DNA from: Octopus bimaculoides
Taxonomy: Eukaryota
Direction of reading: 5' to 3'
Assembly: GCF_001194135.2 (NCBI RefSeq)
Contig: NC_068981.1
Coordinates: 192,414,608-192,478,607, forward strand
Length of the DNA: 64,000 nt
Shown: piece by piece, positions 1-11,549 of the stretch
Position numbering within the stretch: position 1 is the first letter of the stretch
Layout of the letters: every line of letters starts with the position of its first letter
Notes under the pieces: model-generated
Told to the model about the DNA's origin: nothing
What the model saw: only the letters and a program-made list of their open reading frames with translations
Databases searched by the model: none
Translations under genes and position numbers: made by a program

Positions 1-1
1 A

Positions 2-208
2 CAATTCCCCCTTCGTGTGACTTTTGCCATGTCCATAAACAAATATCAGGGTCAAACACTGTCTGTAGCTGGTCTTCTCTTGGAAGAGCCCTGCTTCTCA
101 CATGGACAACTGTATGTTGGCTGCTCAAGAGTGGGCAGCAAAAAAAACCTATTTGTATATGCTCCACAAGGGAAAACAAAGAACATTGTTTACAATGAGG
201 TGTTATAG
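2..208 (+). mobile_element. Helitron RepHel helicase (Pif1-like) C-terminal coding remnant
   Basis: Frame 2 reads QFPLRVTFAMSINKYQGQTL...FSHGQLYVGCSRV...KTKNIVYNEVL*, the typical C-terminus of Helitron helicases; truncated by the window edge. Confidence 0.85.
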
Positions 209-390
209 TCACAACAGCAAGAAAGTATGTACATGATCACCTTCTTTTACGAAACTTCATTGACTTTCATATATTTATATTCATATACATATATATACGT
301 GTGTTTGGGTGCGTGTGTGTATATACATCTCTCTATATAAAGATGATGCGTAGTCTAGACAGCGTTTTTAGATTTCCTTATTCTCTTTAA

Positions 391-598
391 CCCGGGCAAC
401 GCCGGATATTTCTGCTAGTATATAATAAACGTGAAGTTGTGTGTATGTGTGAAGCCTTTTTAAAAGTTTATAGAAATCCACTTAGCATAAAGGTTTTTTC
501 GTTGCAACGCTTTCTTTTTTAGTTGATTTGCACCTAGCAAGACTTATTGTAGATGGCGTAATAAGTCACACCCGAACAACGTCGGGTTATGCTGCTAG
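391..598 (+). mobile_element. Two tandem Helitron 3' termini (GC hairpin + CTAG followed by T)
   Basis: CCCGGGCAACGCCGG..CTAG|T (391-418) and CCCGAACAACGTCGGG..CTAG|T (571-598), directly downstream of the helicase ORF. Confidence 0.8.
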
Positions 599-1299
599 TA
601 CATACATAAATAGAAGTTGGATCTTTGAAATGGCATGATGATAGAAGGTGAAAAATATGTTGCCTTGATGATATTTTGAAAGAAGGTTGGTTCGGATCAG
701 TAATGGTGGAGTTAGATGTAAATAGAAGCTCTGGAAACTGAATAGTATGTTAATGTGGAGCTTGAGGGAAGGTGTATGCCACGTGGGGTGAAGGTGTACA
801 ATGATTTATAGGAGTAAGAAATTGGTGAAGACATGTGGAGCAACAGAGGAGTCTGGATAGAATGGAAATGGTTATCATTCAATGGATGAGTAGAATATCA
901 CTGAGAGAAAGAAAGACAAGCAATGAATCAGAGATTCATGGTAGCAATAGAGAAAGTGATGTATGTTGGGAAGAGAAATGGGATAACATGGTTGGGCTAT
1001 TTGCTAAGGAAGAATTAAAATGACTGGATAAAAGGAATGATGAAAATGAATGTAGGAGGAGGTAGAGGAAGGAAAAAAACATAGTTAAAGATGATATAGG
1101 AAGAAATGAGAGCACAAAAGTTAGGAAGGTGGGAGATGTATAAATTAGAATAACTTAGAAAATGCCATTTTTTCTGCTTGAACAGGGAAATGGCATTAAA
1201 ACATTTGTGTTGTAGATTAGTTATCAGTAGCATGACAGTAAAAGTAAAACCTGCATATATGCATCAAAATCAGTACTAATAGATGTACAAAAGGAGTGT

Positions 1300-2270
1300 T
1301 TCTATAAGTTTTTTTTGCAAACCACATCAATATCAAAGGAAAGTAGTCTCATTATCTCTCATTATCCACAATGGCATCTTCCATGTACTTGTTGGACAAT
1401 ACTAAAACATCTGCTCCTGTGTGTATAGAAACTATAGGTATGGTACAAGAAATGAGAGGAAATCAAAGCTTTTGGAGTTCTGTGATACAAACAGCTAAAC
1501 CAATTGCAGCATTAACCAGTCAGTCACCTGACCACTTATCAATTAGATGAATACACGAGCCAGAAAAGACTTGGTAGTCATCAGGAAATGAAATAAATTG
1601 CTGGTTGTGATTATTAAGTCTTTTTATAGAGAAGAAAACACCTCTCAAATGTTTAGTGATTAGTGTTGTCAGAGTAAGAACTAGACAAATGAAAAGGTAT
1701 AAGACTATGGTAACTGAAAGCTCCATCTACTAGATATAGTTTCAGAAAAGCGTCAGGAGGTATATTAAAGAAGAGGAGATAAAGATCCATAACACAGAGC
1801 ACAAATGGGAGTTTGACACAACCTGTTGTATATCATAGACCAAATTTGAGAGTGGAATCAGGACTCTTGCTGGCCAGATAGAAACAATTATTCTCCCAAA
1901 CACTCTTCGTAATGTAGGTTAAAGTAATTGGTCAAAGGATCAATGTATATCATAACAAATTTATTGACAATAAACAAAGGAAGGATTATAAGATGTTAAC
2001 AAATTTTGTGTATAGAGATAGGTCACAAAGACTTATCCACATGGTATACATTTATAATCCTATTAAGAGCCTTTATAATGAGAGCAAAGAAATTGTCCAA
2101 ATGAACAGATACTGTTCTTGAGAAGACCAATACTTGAGAGAAAGCTTGCACTGCCATGTCATTCAATTAGCTTAGGTATGTCAAATATAGAACCCACTGG
2201 CTGAATCTGTTACACAACAATATTTGTCTGGCTCCTGAGCTCAACTTCATAAAACAAATAAGATCTTATT
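1300..2270 (+). mobile_element. Highly degenerate LINE fragment (RTE-like endonuclease region)
   Basis: Broken-frame translation near 1435-1500 resembles GYGTRNE.G..LLEFC..N.L; many stops and frameshifts, boundaries approximate. Confidence 0.4.
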
Positions 2271-3291
2271 CTTATTTTTCAATTTTAAAATATTCGATGA
2301 AATATATATTGCTCACATGGATTCAGTCTAATGATATTGATGATATTCAAAAGTCTTGCAGCTGAAAAAAAAAACACAAGCCTGGTCTTTAGTCTCACCA
2401 GAGTTATATAATTTAGATTGGTCCTTTTTGTCATTGTTCTGTGTGTCAGCATTTGGATGCCAACAGACACCCCACTTTTTCATATATGTGATTGTGGAAT
2501 TGGAGGGGATCTGGGTAAGGTTGGGTGTCTTGGATTTAGTTTTTTTTTTTCAACATCCCTGAAATTCATAAACCAAATGTATTTTCAAACCTCCAGCACA
2601 AAAGAGCCCAAGCTTCTACTCGGTCATATCTAATGATTGTTAAACTAACCTTCCACTCTTGAAATGCTTTTTTACATGAAACCATTTGGCAACATCGATT
2701 GGCTGTTATAAAGCTAAATTTACAATTTTGTATAAATAATATACCATCTCTATTACCTAATATATGAGTGCCTGTCTTTTCTGATTTATGAATACTTTGG
2801 ACACAATGATGATGATGATGATGACACTAAACTACTACTGTCGGTTAAGATGACGAGTGTTCCTGTTGATCTGATCAACAGAACAGCCTGCTCGTGAAAT
2901 TAATGTGCAAGTGGCTGAGCACTCCATAGACACATGTACCCTTAATGTAGTTCTCAGGAAGATTCAGCGTGACATAGATACAGGTACAACTCATTTTTGC
3001 CAGCTGAGTGAACTGGAGCAATGTGAAATAAAGTGTCTTGCACAAAGACACAATGCACCACCAGGAATCGAACCCATGCCATTACAGTTGTGAGCTGAAT
3101 ACCCTAATTACTAAGCCTCGTGCATTCACAGTAGTAGTAGTAGTGTGTGTGTGTGTGTAGATATGTATGTATCTATATCTATGTATTACTTGGAAACAGG
3201 TGAAAGTTGGTGACAGGAAGGGCCTCCAATAGTAGAAAATCTGTCTCATGTAAGCATGGAAAAGTAGACATTAATACAATGATGATATATA

Positions 3292-3406
3292 TATATATAT
3301 CGACTTTAAAGAGAGCTCAAAACTGATCCATTGAAAATACTTTATTATTATAATAAAGTATTTTCAATGGATCAGTTTTGAGCTCTTTTTAAAGTCGATA
3401 TATATA
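3292..3406. repeat. Near-perfect 115-bp palindrome (foldback MITE-like) in (TA)n context
   Basis: Arms 3292-3347 and 3351-3406 pair base for base except one G:T (3311/3387); 3-nt loop TTA. Confidence 0.9.
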
Positions 3407-4339
3407 CAAAAACTCAATTGTGAGTATTTTGCTAAGTTTCTTAACAGATACTATATTTTTGCCTAATTTTTGGTATAAAAAAATATATATAAATACATAT
3501 ATATATATATATATATCATTTCCATGCTTATATGAGGCAGATTTTCTACACTTGGATGCCTTTCCTGTCACCAACCTTCACCTGTTTCCAAGTAAGATAA
3601 TATTTTGGCATGGCTGGACATGTTTTCATTGAAGATTGGAAACAAAGACACCACTTGTATGATGATGACAACTGTCATGCAATGTCAAGGCAAGGAGACA
3701 TAAATACATTCACATGCACATACACACGTGTGTGTATGTGTATATATATATATATATTTTTAATGATGGTTTTGTTGTTTCCATTAACTTGAAAAGCTCT
3801 TCTTCAGAAACAGAGGAAAGTCCAATAGAAAAGGAAGACGGAGGAATAAAAAATTGCCAACGATTCACATGTGGTTACATTTTGAAAAAAAAATTCATAA
3901 CAAATGGACACATTTTTATGTATTCTAATTTTGTTGTAGCAGACCATTTGCATATGTAACTGTAATGCTGTGAAACTACTGGAAATAAAATAACAATGTT
4001 ATTATATTTGCAACAGTACAGTGAGTATTGATTTACTTATGGAAAGTAGTGGCAAACTACACTTGTGTATCATAACTTAATAACATGGTCACTTTATAAT
4101 CCAAATTAATGAAAACAAAAAAGATCATCATTAACGTTCAAGCTTGTATTTTCAAAATTTAATCCTTCTTAAGCCTTGGTCCCAATTTTTTTGGTGTTGG
4201 CTCAGCTAGAAAGGGTGTTGCCCAGGCAACTAGTATAACACCCCTGCATCCACCACTGGGTAGGCCATGTCAGTTCTCAGCTGTTATGCTTAGAGTATAG
4301 TCATGTAGTGTATGCTCAAAGGATTTTAGTTTTTCCCAA

Positions 4340-4800
4340 ATGCTCCAAGCAGAAATATTGCATCAAGTTTTGCCAAAAGCTTGGTGATACTTAAGCTCTA
4401 ACAATCCAGAAGATTCAGCAGGCCTTTGGAAAAGATGCCATGGACAAAACTCAGATCAAAGAGTTGTACAACCACTTCAAACATGACCACACCTCACTGT
4501 AGAGTGAGGCACGCCGTCAACAAGCCAAAATGAGGAACTAATTGACAAAATTGTCATGGAAGACCATCATGTAACAGTCCAGGAAATTGCTCACACAATG
4601 GGAATAAGCACAGGATCAGTGTATTCCATTTTAATAGAGGATTTGTGCATGTGGAGAGTGTCAGTGAAATTCATCTCCAAGGTACTGGTGGAGCAGCAGA
4701 AGCAACTCTGCATGGAAATCGGTCAGGACATGCTGGCCTGTACAAAGCATGACCCAGAGCTCATGAAGACCATCATCACTGGTGATGAGACTTGGGTGTG
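4340..4800 (+). mobile_element. Degenerate mariner (DD34D-type) transposase, N-terminal half
   Basis: QKYCIKFCQKLGDT..., then VTVQEIAHTMGISTGSVYSIL...RVSVKFISKVL...IITGDETWV (HTH plus first catalytic D motif); stops and frameshifts present. Confidence 0.85.
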
Positions 4801-7197
4801 TGGTCTCTGTCTGATGCATCCAAAAGGAAAATCTGATAAATGTGCACCACATGTCAGTACTCTAGGTGTAAGTCAGGAACTGTCATGGCCTACCAGTGCA
4901 AAACGTTTTATACATGCATAGAAATGGTGGCTTCACCTCTCACTCTAAGGATTTTGCCCATGCAGCATTACGACACTTACCAAAGGTACAATGCAGTGGG
5001 ACTGAACCCGAAACCCTGTGGTCGGGGAGCAAACTTCTTAACCACAATAGCTACGTGTGGAAGGATTTTTCTTTCAAACAAATGTATTGAGAACATGACT
5101 GAGTATTATCTTTATCTTTTTTGTAACCAAGCGTTTTTTCTCACTTATTTTTCATATGCTATAAGCTTAGTACTGTAAAATTCCAAATCTATAACCATCT
5201 TCAGAGTGAACGGATGTTGGTAAAGAGTTAAGGTGATTGGTGGAGATATTAATGTCAGAATTTGAATTTTGACCGTTAGAAATGACATGTCATCACTCAT
5301 GGTTACCTATGTTAGTGGCTTAAACATGCGTGTCTTTATTTTGGCATTATACTGTTTTACCAGTATATCAGTATTGCTTCCATTATTAGTACCTATTTCA
5401 GAGGGTAACGTACCAGAGTATGACTATGTTGCTCACTTAGATTAATAACAACAACACATATACATAAACGTATTTACAATTTTTAATATTTTTAGTCGTC
5501 GTTGACGTCATATTAAATTTGATACCGTAAAATGTTTCTCATATCCTTATTTCTTAGGAAAAGAATAGGGACGTGGGTGAAAAAAAGTGTAAGAAAAAAA
5601 AAATATAAGAAAAGAAAGGAAATAGAAATTTTTGTAATTCTTTTTCAGGATCGTAATTTCCGTCTCCTGAAACAAGTGGACACTAAAAAACGAGGGAAAA
5701 CTAGTCTTTCCCATAAGGTATGGGAATATGGACTTCACCGAGTCCGTATTACAAAATTTCACCAACTCTGTATTACAATCATTTTAACGTATCTGATCAA
5801 TCCTAATAATAAATAAATACCGACCAAATTACAGATGTAGCATTTCAAAAATACATAGTTATAACAAAAAAGATGGGTTCCACATGGCACCACACCTTGT
5901 TGAACTAATGTAGTAGACTAAGTGGGAATGTTAATTACTAAAGATTTAATTTTAGGACATGATAAAATATACAGTTCGCGCGTAGGCTCTCTGATCAAAG
6001 GTTTTCAACAGAGTTTTTGAATAGCTGTTCCTCGAAGTACCATACACCAAGGGAAAGGGTGAAAAAACATTCATTTCTCTTATTTTTTCTTTTGTTCAGC
6101 ATTCCTCCTGTGTTTTATACAACAGAAATTACGATTCTGAAAGCTGTTTTCACGAAAATTCCAGTTCTTTTTAACACTCCTCCTTTCGGTGTCCTGTTCC
6201 TTCTAAGTGTGGTAGAGGTGGTTATTCCAAAACTCCGCTGAATTTTCCGCATGATTTTAAAAATATATTGTTATTCCGTTAGTAATGTAATAATTAAAGA
6301 AGAAACTATATTCTAATGTACCTGAACGTTATATATTGTAATGTTTATTGTATATACACACTTATTTTGGATATTAAATGTAGCACATATATTTGGAAGA
6401 ACTCACATACGTCTTAGTCAACTCGACTAATTGGTTCTGTCTTGTCAATGATTGTTTAAGACCAACTCTACATCAAAATACGTAAAATAATTGTTGGAAC
6501 GTATAACCAAAGATATGTTTTGTATGTATAGAACGTATCTGTTTTAACATTCAACTGTAAATAAAGATAAAAATGTTTATTGGCATTTTAATTCGTTAAT
6601 ATTTTCGAATTATATTGATTTATATCAACGAATTTATGTAATTTCGGCCTACTTCATTAAATCGCTGTTTAATATATTTAATGTTACTTGTGGTTAAATA
6701 TAATTATATTTTAAATTTAAAGCTTCTTGCACGATTATTTAGAAATATACACGTGAAAAGAATGCGAATTCAAATCCTGAAAAAAATCATAACTTTTGCA
6801 GCTGACATTAAATTGTGTGAACTTCATTTATTTAATTTGTAACGAAATAAATTTTCCTGTAATTTAAAACACGAAATTGTTCAAATGCGAGAACAATACA
6901 AGATGTCTGTCACCCGACGCCCGCGCACCAACGTATAACTGGGTTTTTAATTTATATAAAAAAACAGCCCAGTTAATTTAATTCGTTTTAATATTAATTT
7001 AGGGGAAAATATCAGAATCCAAAGAAACTCGTCTGTTTTGGATAGATGATATAAAGGTAAAGCTTAGGTTTTGTTAAAGCTTACATGTTTTGTCACATGT
7101 CAAGATAACGAGTTAGAGGTTGACGTGATGAGAGGGAAAAACATTGCAGTCATAAGAGCATCAATATGAACACACCTGCATACAGAATATTTAAGGG

Positions 7198-7239
<42 letters not shown>

Positions 7240-7489
7240 AGTTCAAATGCCTATTTAAAAAAAATAATATTTTAAATTTATAAAACAGCAAGTGTGTCTA
7301 TTGTTCAGCATTTGAGAAAATTTCATATTAATATTTCGTTTTTAATAATATAATTTATTTCGTGAATACTATGTCCTGATATAGCAGCGAAAAATATTCA
7401 CTAGTAAAATACAGATACACACATATATAAATATATATAAAACTTAATATACATGTGTGTGTATTGGGTTATATAAAAGAAACATTAAT

Positions 7490-7670
7490 CCGCCATTTCC
7501 CTGTATTGTTAAGTGGCAAGCTATGAAAATGAGGCAAGACTATGAATATTAATTACGCACGTGATCTCAATAATTAACCATGTGATCTAAAGCGCAAGAT
7601 TCTATTGGCTGTTTACTATTAGCGCGCAAGATATTTTACAGTTTTATGTCGAAAGTGAGGCTGACCGGAA
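7490..7670 (+). promoter_or_regulatory. Putative SRSF2 proximal promoter
   Basis: Locally CpG-rich; YY1-like CCGCCATTT 7490-7498, E-box CACGTG 7558-7563, reverse CCAAT 7604-7608, ETS-like CCGGAA 7665-7670. TSS not determinable. Confidence 0.5.
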
Positions 7671-7814
7671 AGAAAGCCACAGTTTTTGGAAAGCGAAGCG
7701 AGTTAAGGTGACGAGCTACTTTTCTCATTTCTGGGACCGAGAAAATATAAAATATTGCCGGCTTTTTTCTTCCAAGAGAAAGGTACTGCAATTCAAGTGG
7801 TGGATTGGACGAAG

Positions 7815-8708
7815 ATGAGCTACGTACGACGAGGGCCTTCTGAATTAGACTTAGAAGGCATGGTTTCACTAAAAGTGGACAATCTTACTTACAGAACAAC
7901 ACCAGAGGATTTGCGTCGCGCATTTGAGAAATATGGCGACGTAGGAGATGTGTACATACCACGAGACCGCTTTACCAGGGAAAGCCGAGGATTTGCTTTT
8001 GTACGCTATCATGATAAACGAGATGCTGACGATGCAATGGATGCTATGGACGGTGCTATGATGGATGGACGCGAACTACGTGTCCAAATGGCTAGATATG
8101 GTAGACCGGCTGACCCATATCGGAGAGGTCCCCCACCTCGCCGTTTTGGCGGTGGTGGTTATAGCTCCTATCGATCGAGAAGACGATCATATACGAGATC
8201 ACGATCGAGGTCGCGGTCTCGTTCATCACGCCGGCGGCGAAGATCATATTCAAGATCACGAAGTCGCAGTAGAAGTCGTTCCTACAAAAGTAGATCAAGA
8301 TCTCGATCGGCGTCATATTCCAGATCGAGTCGCAGTAAACATTACAGTCGTAGTCCATCTCCATCAAGTAAAGGAAAGAAGCGGAGCAGTGCCAGTAGTC
8401 GAAGAAGCACGAGGAGTCGGAGCGCCAGTCGGGAGAGGAAGAGCCATTCTCGCAGCCGCAGCCCTGTCAGTCCGAGACGGAGTCCAGATCGTTGCAGTGA
8501 AGGTCGCGACGGAAGCGAAAGTGGTGCTGGTGCTAATGCTGGTGGTGGTGGTGGTGGAGGCAGTTCTGGTAGTGTACCACGTGAAAATTCCAAATCCAGA
8601 AGCAGAAGTCGAACCCCTCACAGCCGGAGCTGTTCTCCTGAAGCATTGTCAGACCGTGGTAGCAACAACCATAACAATCTCGAGCAGCAGGTGGAGGAGG
8701 AAGACTGA
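7815..8708 (+). CDS. SRSF2: Serine/arginine-rich splicing factor 2 (SC35), single-exon CDS, 297 aa
   Basis: [18 protein letters not shown]...[52 protein letters not shown] is the SC35-type RRM, followed by [12 protein letters not shown] and a long RS domain; true start taken as ATG 7815 (ORF track starts upstream at a non-ATG codon). Confidence 0.97.
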   Translation: MSYVRRGPSELDLEGMVSLKVDNLTYRTTPEDLRRAFEKYGDVGDVYIPRDRFTRESRGFAFVRYHDKRDADDAMDAMDGAMMDGRELRVQMARYGRPADPYRRGPPPRRFGGGGYSSYRSRRRSYTRSRSRSRSRSSRRRRRSYSRSRSRSRSRSYKSRSRSRSASYSRSSRSKHYSRSPSPSSKGKKRSSASSRRSTRSRSASRERKSHSRSRSPVSPRRSPDRCSEGRDGSESGAGANAGGGGGGGSSGSVPRENSKSRSRSRTPHSRSCSPEALSDRGSNNHNNLEQQVEEED

Positions 8709-8813
8709 GTGTTTGTAATTTGGAGACAAAAAATCACAACAAAAAGAAAAAAAATAAAGAAAAGAAAAAGAAAATACAACCACAGCAGATGAACACTGAT
8801 ATCTTGGCAGCAG

Positions 8814-11549
8814 GTGAGATGAATGGGTTAAATTTATTGTAGTGGTTGACTGAAAATGATAAAAAAAATTTAAAAAAGCCAAAAAAAAAAAAGGCTTAAA
8901 CAATTTTTTCATTCATCACAAGACACAAGCTGAACAGATATATATAAAAATGAAGTTTTTTTTTTAAAAGAATGAAAAAAAAAAAAAAATCTCCAGCGAA
9001 TGTTAAAACATTTGAAACTGATGGAGGTTTTAAAGATGTTGGCGATGATGCTGAGTGTGAATGGCACCTTTTAAAAACCACTGTATACATTGGTGAGAGT
9101 TGCTGCTGTTGATGCTGTCTGCATGGTGTAGCTGTTCAAATGTAAGACTACTTTCTGATAATGTATTGACTTTTTTTTTTTTTTTTAAAACATTTCCTTT
9201 TTTTTCACTCTTAATTTCCATGGCCATAGCTTTTTATCTATAAAAATGTGTTTGTCTGGAAGTATTTCCTCATTTTCTGCCCCCTCCCATTCTTCATTAT
9301 TATTATTACTACTATTACTACAGTTGGTTTAAAAACCAGTTTAAGATGAAACAAAAATCAACTGATTTCTTTTATAAAATGTCATCATGCCTGGCGATAA
9401 ATTGTATTTTCGTTCTGATAAAAATTATGTGGTTTAGATATTGTCGTCATGCTAGCTTTTTGGCTGGTTTACAAACTTAACTGTTTTTGTATCTTTTCAT
9501 TTTAAAACTCAAGTTAAAACTGACTTGATTGCATTAAAAATTTTTTTTTTTTGCTTAGTTTCTAAATGTTCACCTCATGCAATAAAAACACTTAAAATAA
9601 CTATATAAAAACAATTCCCCTTGTAGTTTTGACTTCTGAAATATATAATGAAAAATATTTCGATCATAATCATTCTAGAAGTTGGTCTCTCTAAATGTAT
9701 TAAATTTTAATAGTTGGGTTGGTTAACTGTAAATTTGTTGTGTTGGGAAACCATATTGAACGTCATTGATTTTTAGTTTCAGCCAGTCTCTGTTGTAGTT
9801 AAAAAAGATATTTGATGATGATGATGGTTTCTATATCTTTTTTTTTCTTTGCTGTCATTATTCCACAAGGAGTAGTGTCGACTACAACATGAACTATGAA
9901 CAAAACCGACATCATCCTTCTACCGCCTCCCTACTAAATTTAAAAAACCCCTCTTCTGTCTAGATTTACTTGAGATGACAATATTTCTGTCTTGTGTTTT
10001 AGGGCGGAGTCAACTCAGACCCGGGGCATGTTCCAGGTTCCTGTTGATTGCTGCCGTTTTGTTGCTGCTTTTTTTGATGCCTCATTGCATCTGCAGTTGG
10101 AAGTGTAACCTCATTTGGTGGTATCAATTTAATATAAGTCTTCAGTTTTTGATTACTAAAAAACCGATTACAGTTTAGAATCGACTAGACAAACTTTGAC
10201 GAGGGTACCCCCTGTCTCTTATTGTCAGACCATCCTTTCTGTTCTCAAGCAGTTTTACTGTAAAGGGACTTTCCATATTTTGGGCTATTTTCAAGAATCC
10301 AACGACATAATTGACAACCCTGCCTCATGCTTCCATCCCCCTCTCCCTCCCCCTCTGCTTCAAATTAGTTCTTGACTTTAGTATACAGTTCTGAGAATGA
10401 TAATGATAATAAATCTGCCAATATACCCTGCTGCCGGTGTGGCCGTCCCTAATTCACCTACCCAGCCTACTTATATCACTGTTATTGTTTTTGCTTATCC
10501 TGTTTCCTAATTTAAATTCCTAAATGTTTCTAAAGCATATTTTTAAATCTAAATTTTAAATTAAATGTTGTAATTTGTAAATGACCTCCGAGTCATAAAT
10601 CTGTTTAACCCTGTGACTAGGGTCAATTTAATATTGTTTCTTTACCAAATTTGTATGCAACTGTGAAGACCGTTAAAATTATTATCATGGGTGGTGTGGT
10701 CTATGCTGCAGGGGTATTTGCTGGTTGGCTGCGGTGCTGTTGTTGGTTGCCGTGTAGCTGGTCTGTAGCTGGTCACTGGCAGTGCTGATGCTGCTGGTCT
10801 TGTAGCAGGTCGGTGAGGAGGAGGAGGAGGAGAGGAGGTGTCTGCTGTTCCTTACACAGCAGCAACTACACAATCTGGCTGCTCTCACTTGCACCAGTCT
10901 CCTGTGTGGCTGCAGAGCTCCCAATTATTGTAATGCTGTTGGGCTGAGATAGCTGTGCCGCTGCTGCTGCTGTGCCGCTGTACCCCGCTCTCAGAATGAT
11001 TTTAAACCCGTGTTGCTGCTGTTGCTTGGGTCAAAACAACCCGTTGCTGTGCTTCAGTCATTTTGATCCTTATTTCATAGGTATGTATTGCAGAATTTCT
11101 TTTTCCCTTCAATGCAGGTCTTTAAAAAAAGGTCACTGGACTGACCTCTCTTACTGAGTGTCAGACCTCTCATTAGCATGCTTTATTTTCTCATATTGTT
11201 AACAACCATTCCTCATGCACTGCAATTTATCTGCGGGTGCTGCTAAACCATGGCATAGGGTTTGTCTCTTTATGAGATGAATTCTGCACAGGTTTGTGTG
11301 CTAAACCTGTTGTTGCTGTTCTGGTTGACCTTGTCAAACGTGTAAAACTAATTTTTGCTGAAATCATCACAAATTACTGCCATCTTGTGGTTTTCTAGTC
11401 AAATAAGATTGTGACAATTTTTGCAACTACAAAATCTGAAATGTAATCTGTAGAAGGCAGATGACATAAAAACAGTTATTTTAACTGTTTAAATATATAT
11501 TAATCTCAACATGTGATGTGGCTGGAAAATGACTGTCTAACAGGTAAGT
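8814..11549 (+). other. Candidate spliced 3' UTR of SRSF2 (donor 8814, acceptors 9963/10002/11117, donors 11081/11544)
   Basis: CAG|GTGAGA at 8813/8814; TACTAAA 9932-9938 plus CCCCTCTTCTGTCTAG| 9963; TGTTTTAG| 10002; TAG|GTATGT 11081; CCCTTCAATGCAG| 11117; CAG|GTAAGT 11544. Usage unproven without RNA data. Confidence 0.5.

Noticed and set aside
5287-5445. 52-aa hydrophobic, signal-peptide-like ORF with a possible donor
   Set aside because: No downstream exons identifiable and no family similarity; short hydrophobic ORFs are common in AT-rich DNA.
8065-8718. 217-aa overlapping ORF and several antisense ORFs over SRSF2
   Set aside because: Expected shadow frames of stop-poor RS/Gly codons; no recognisable domain or independent signal.
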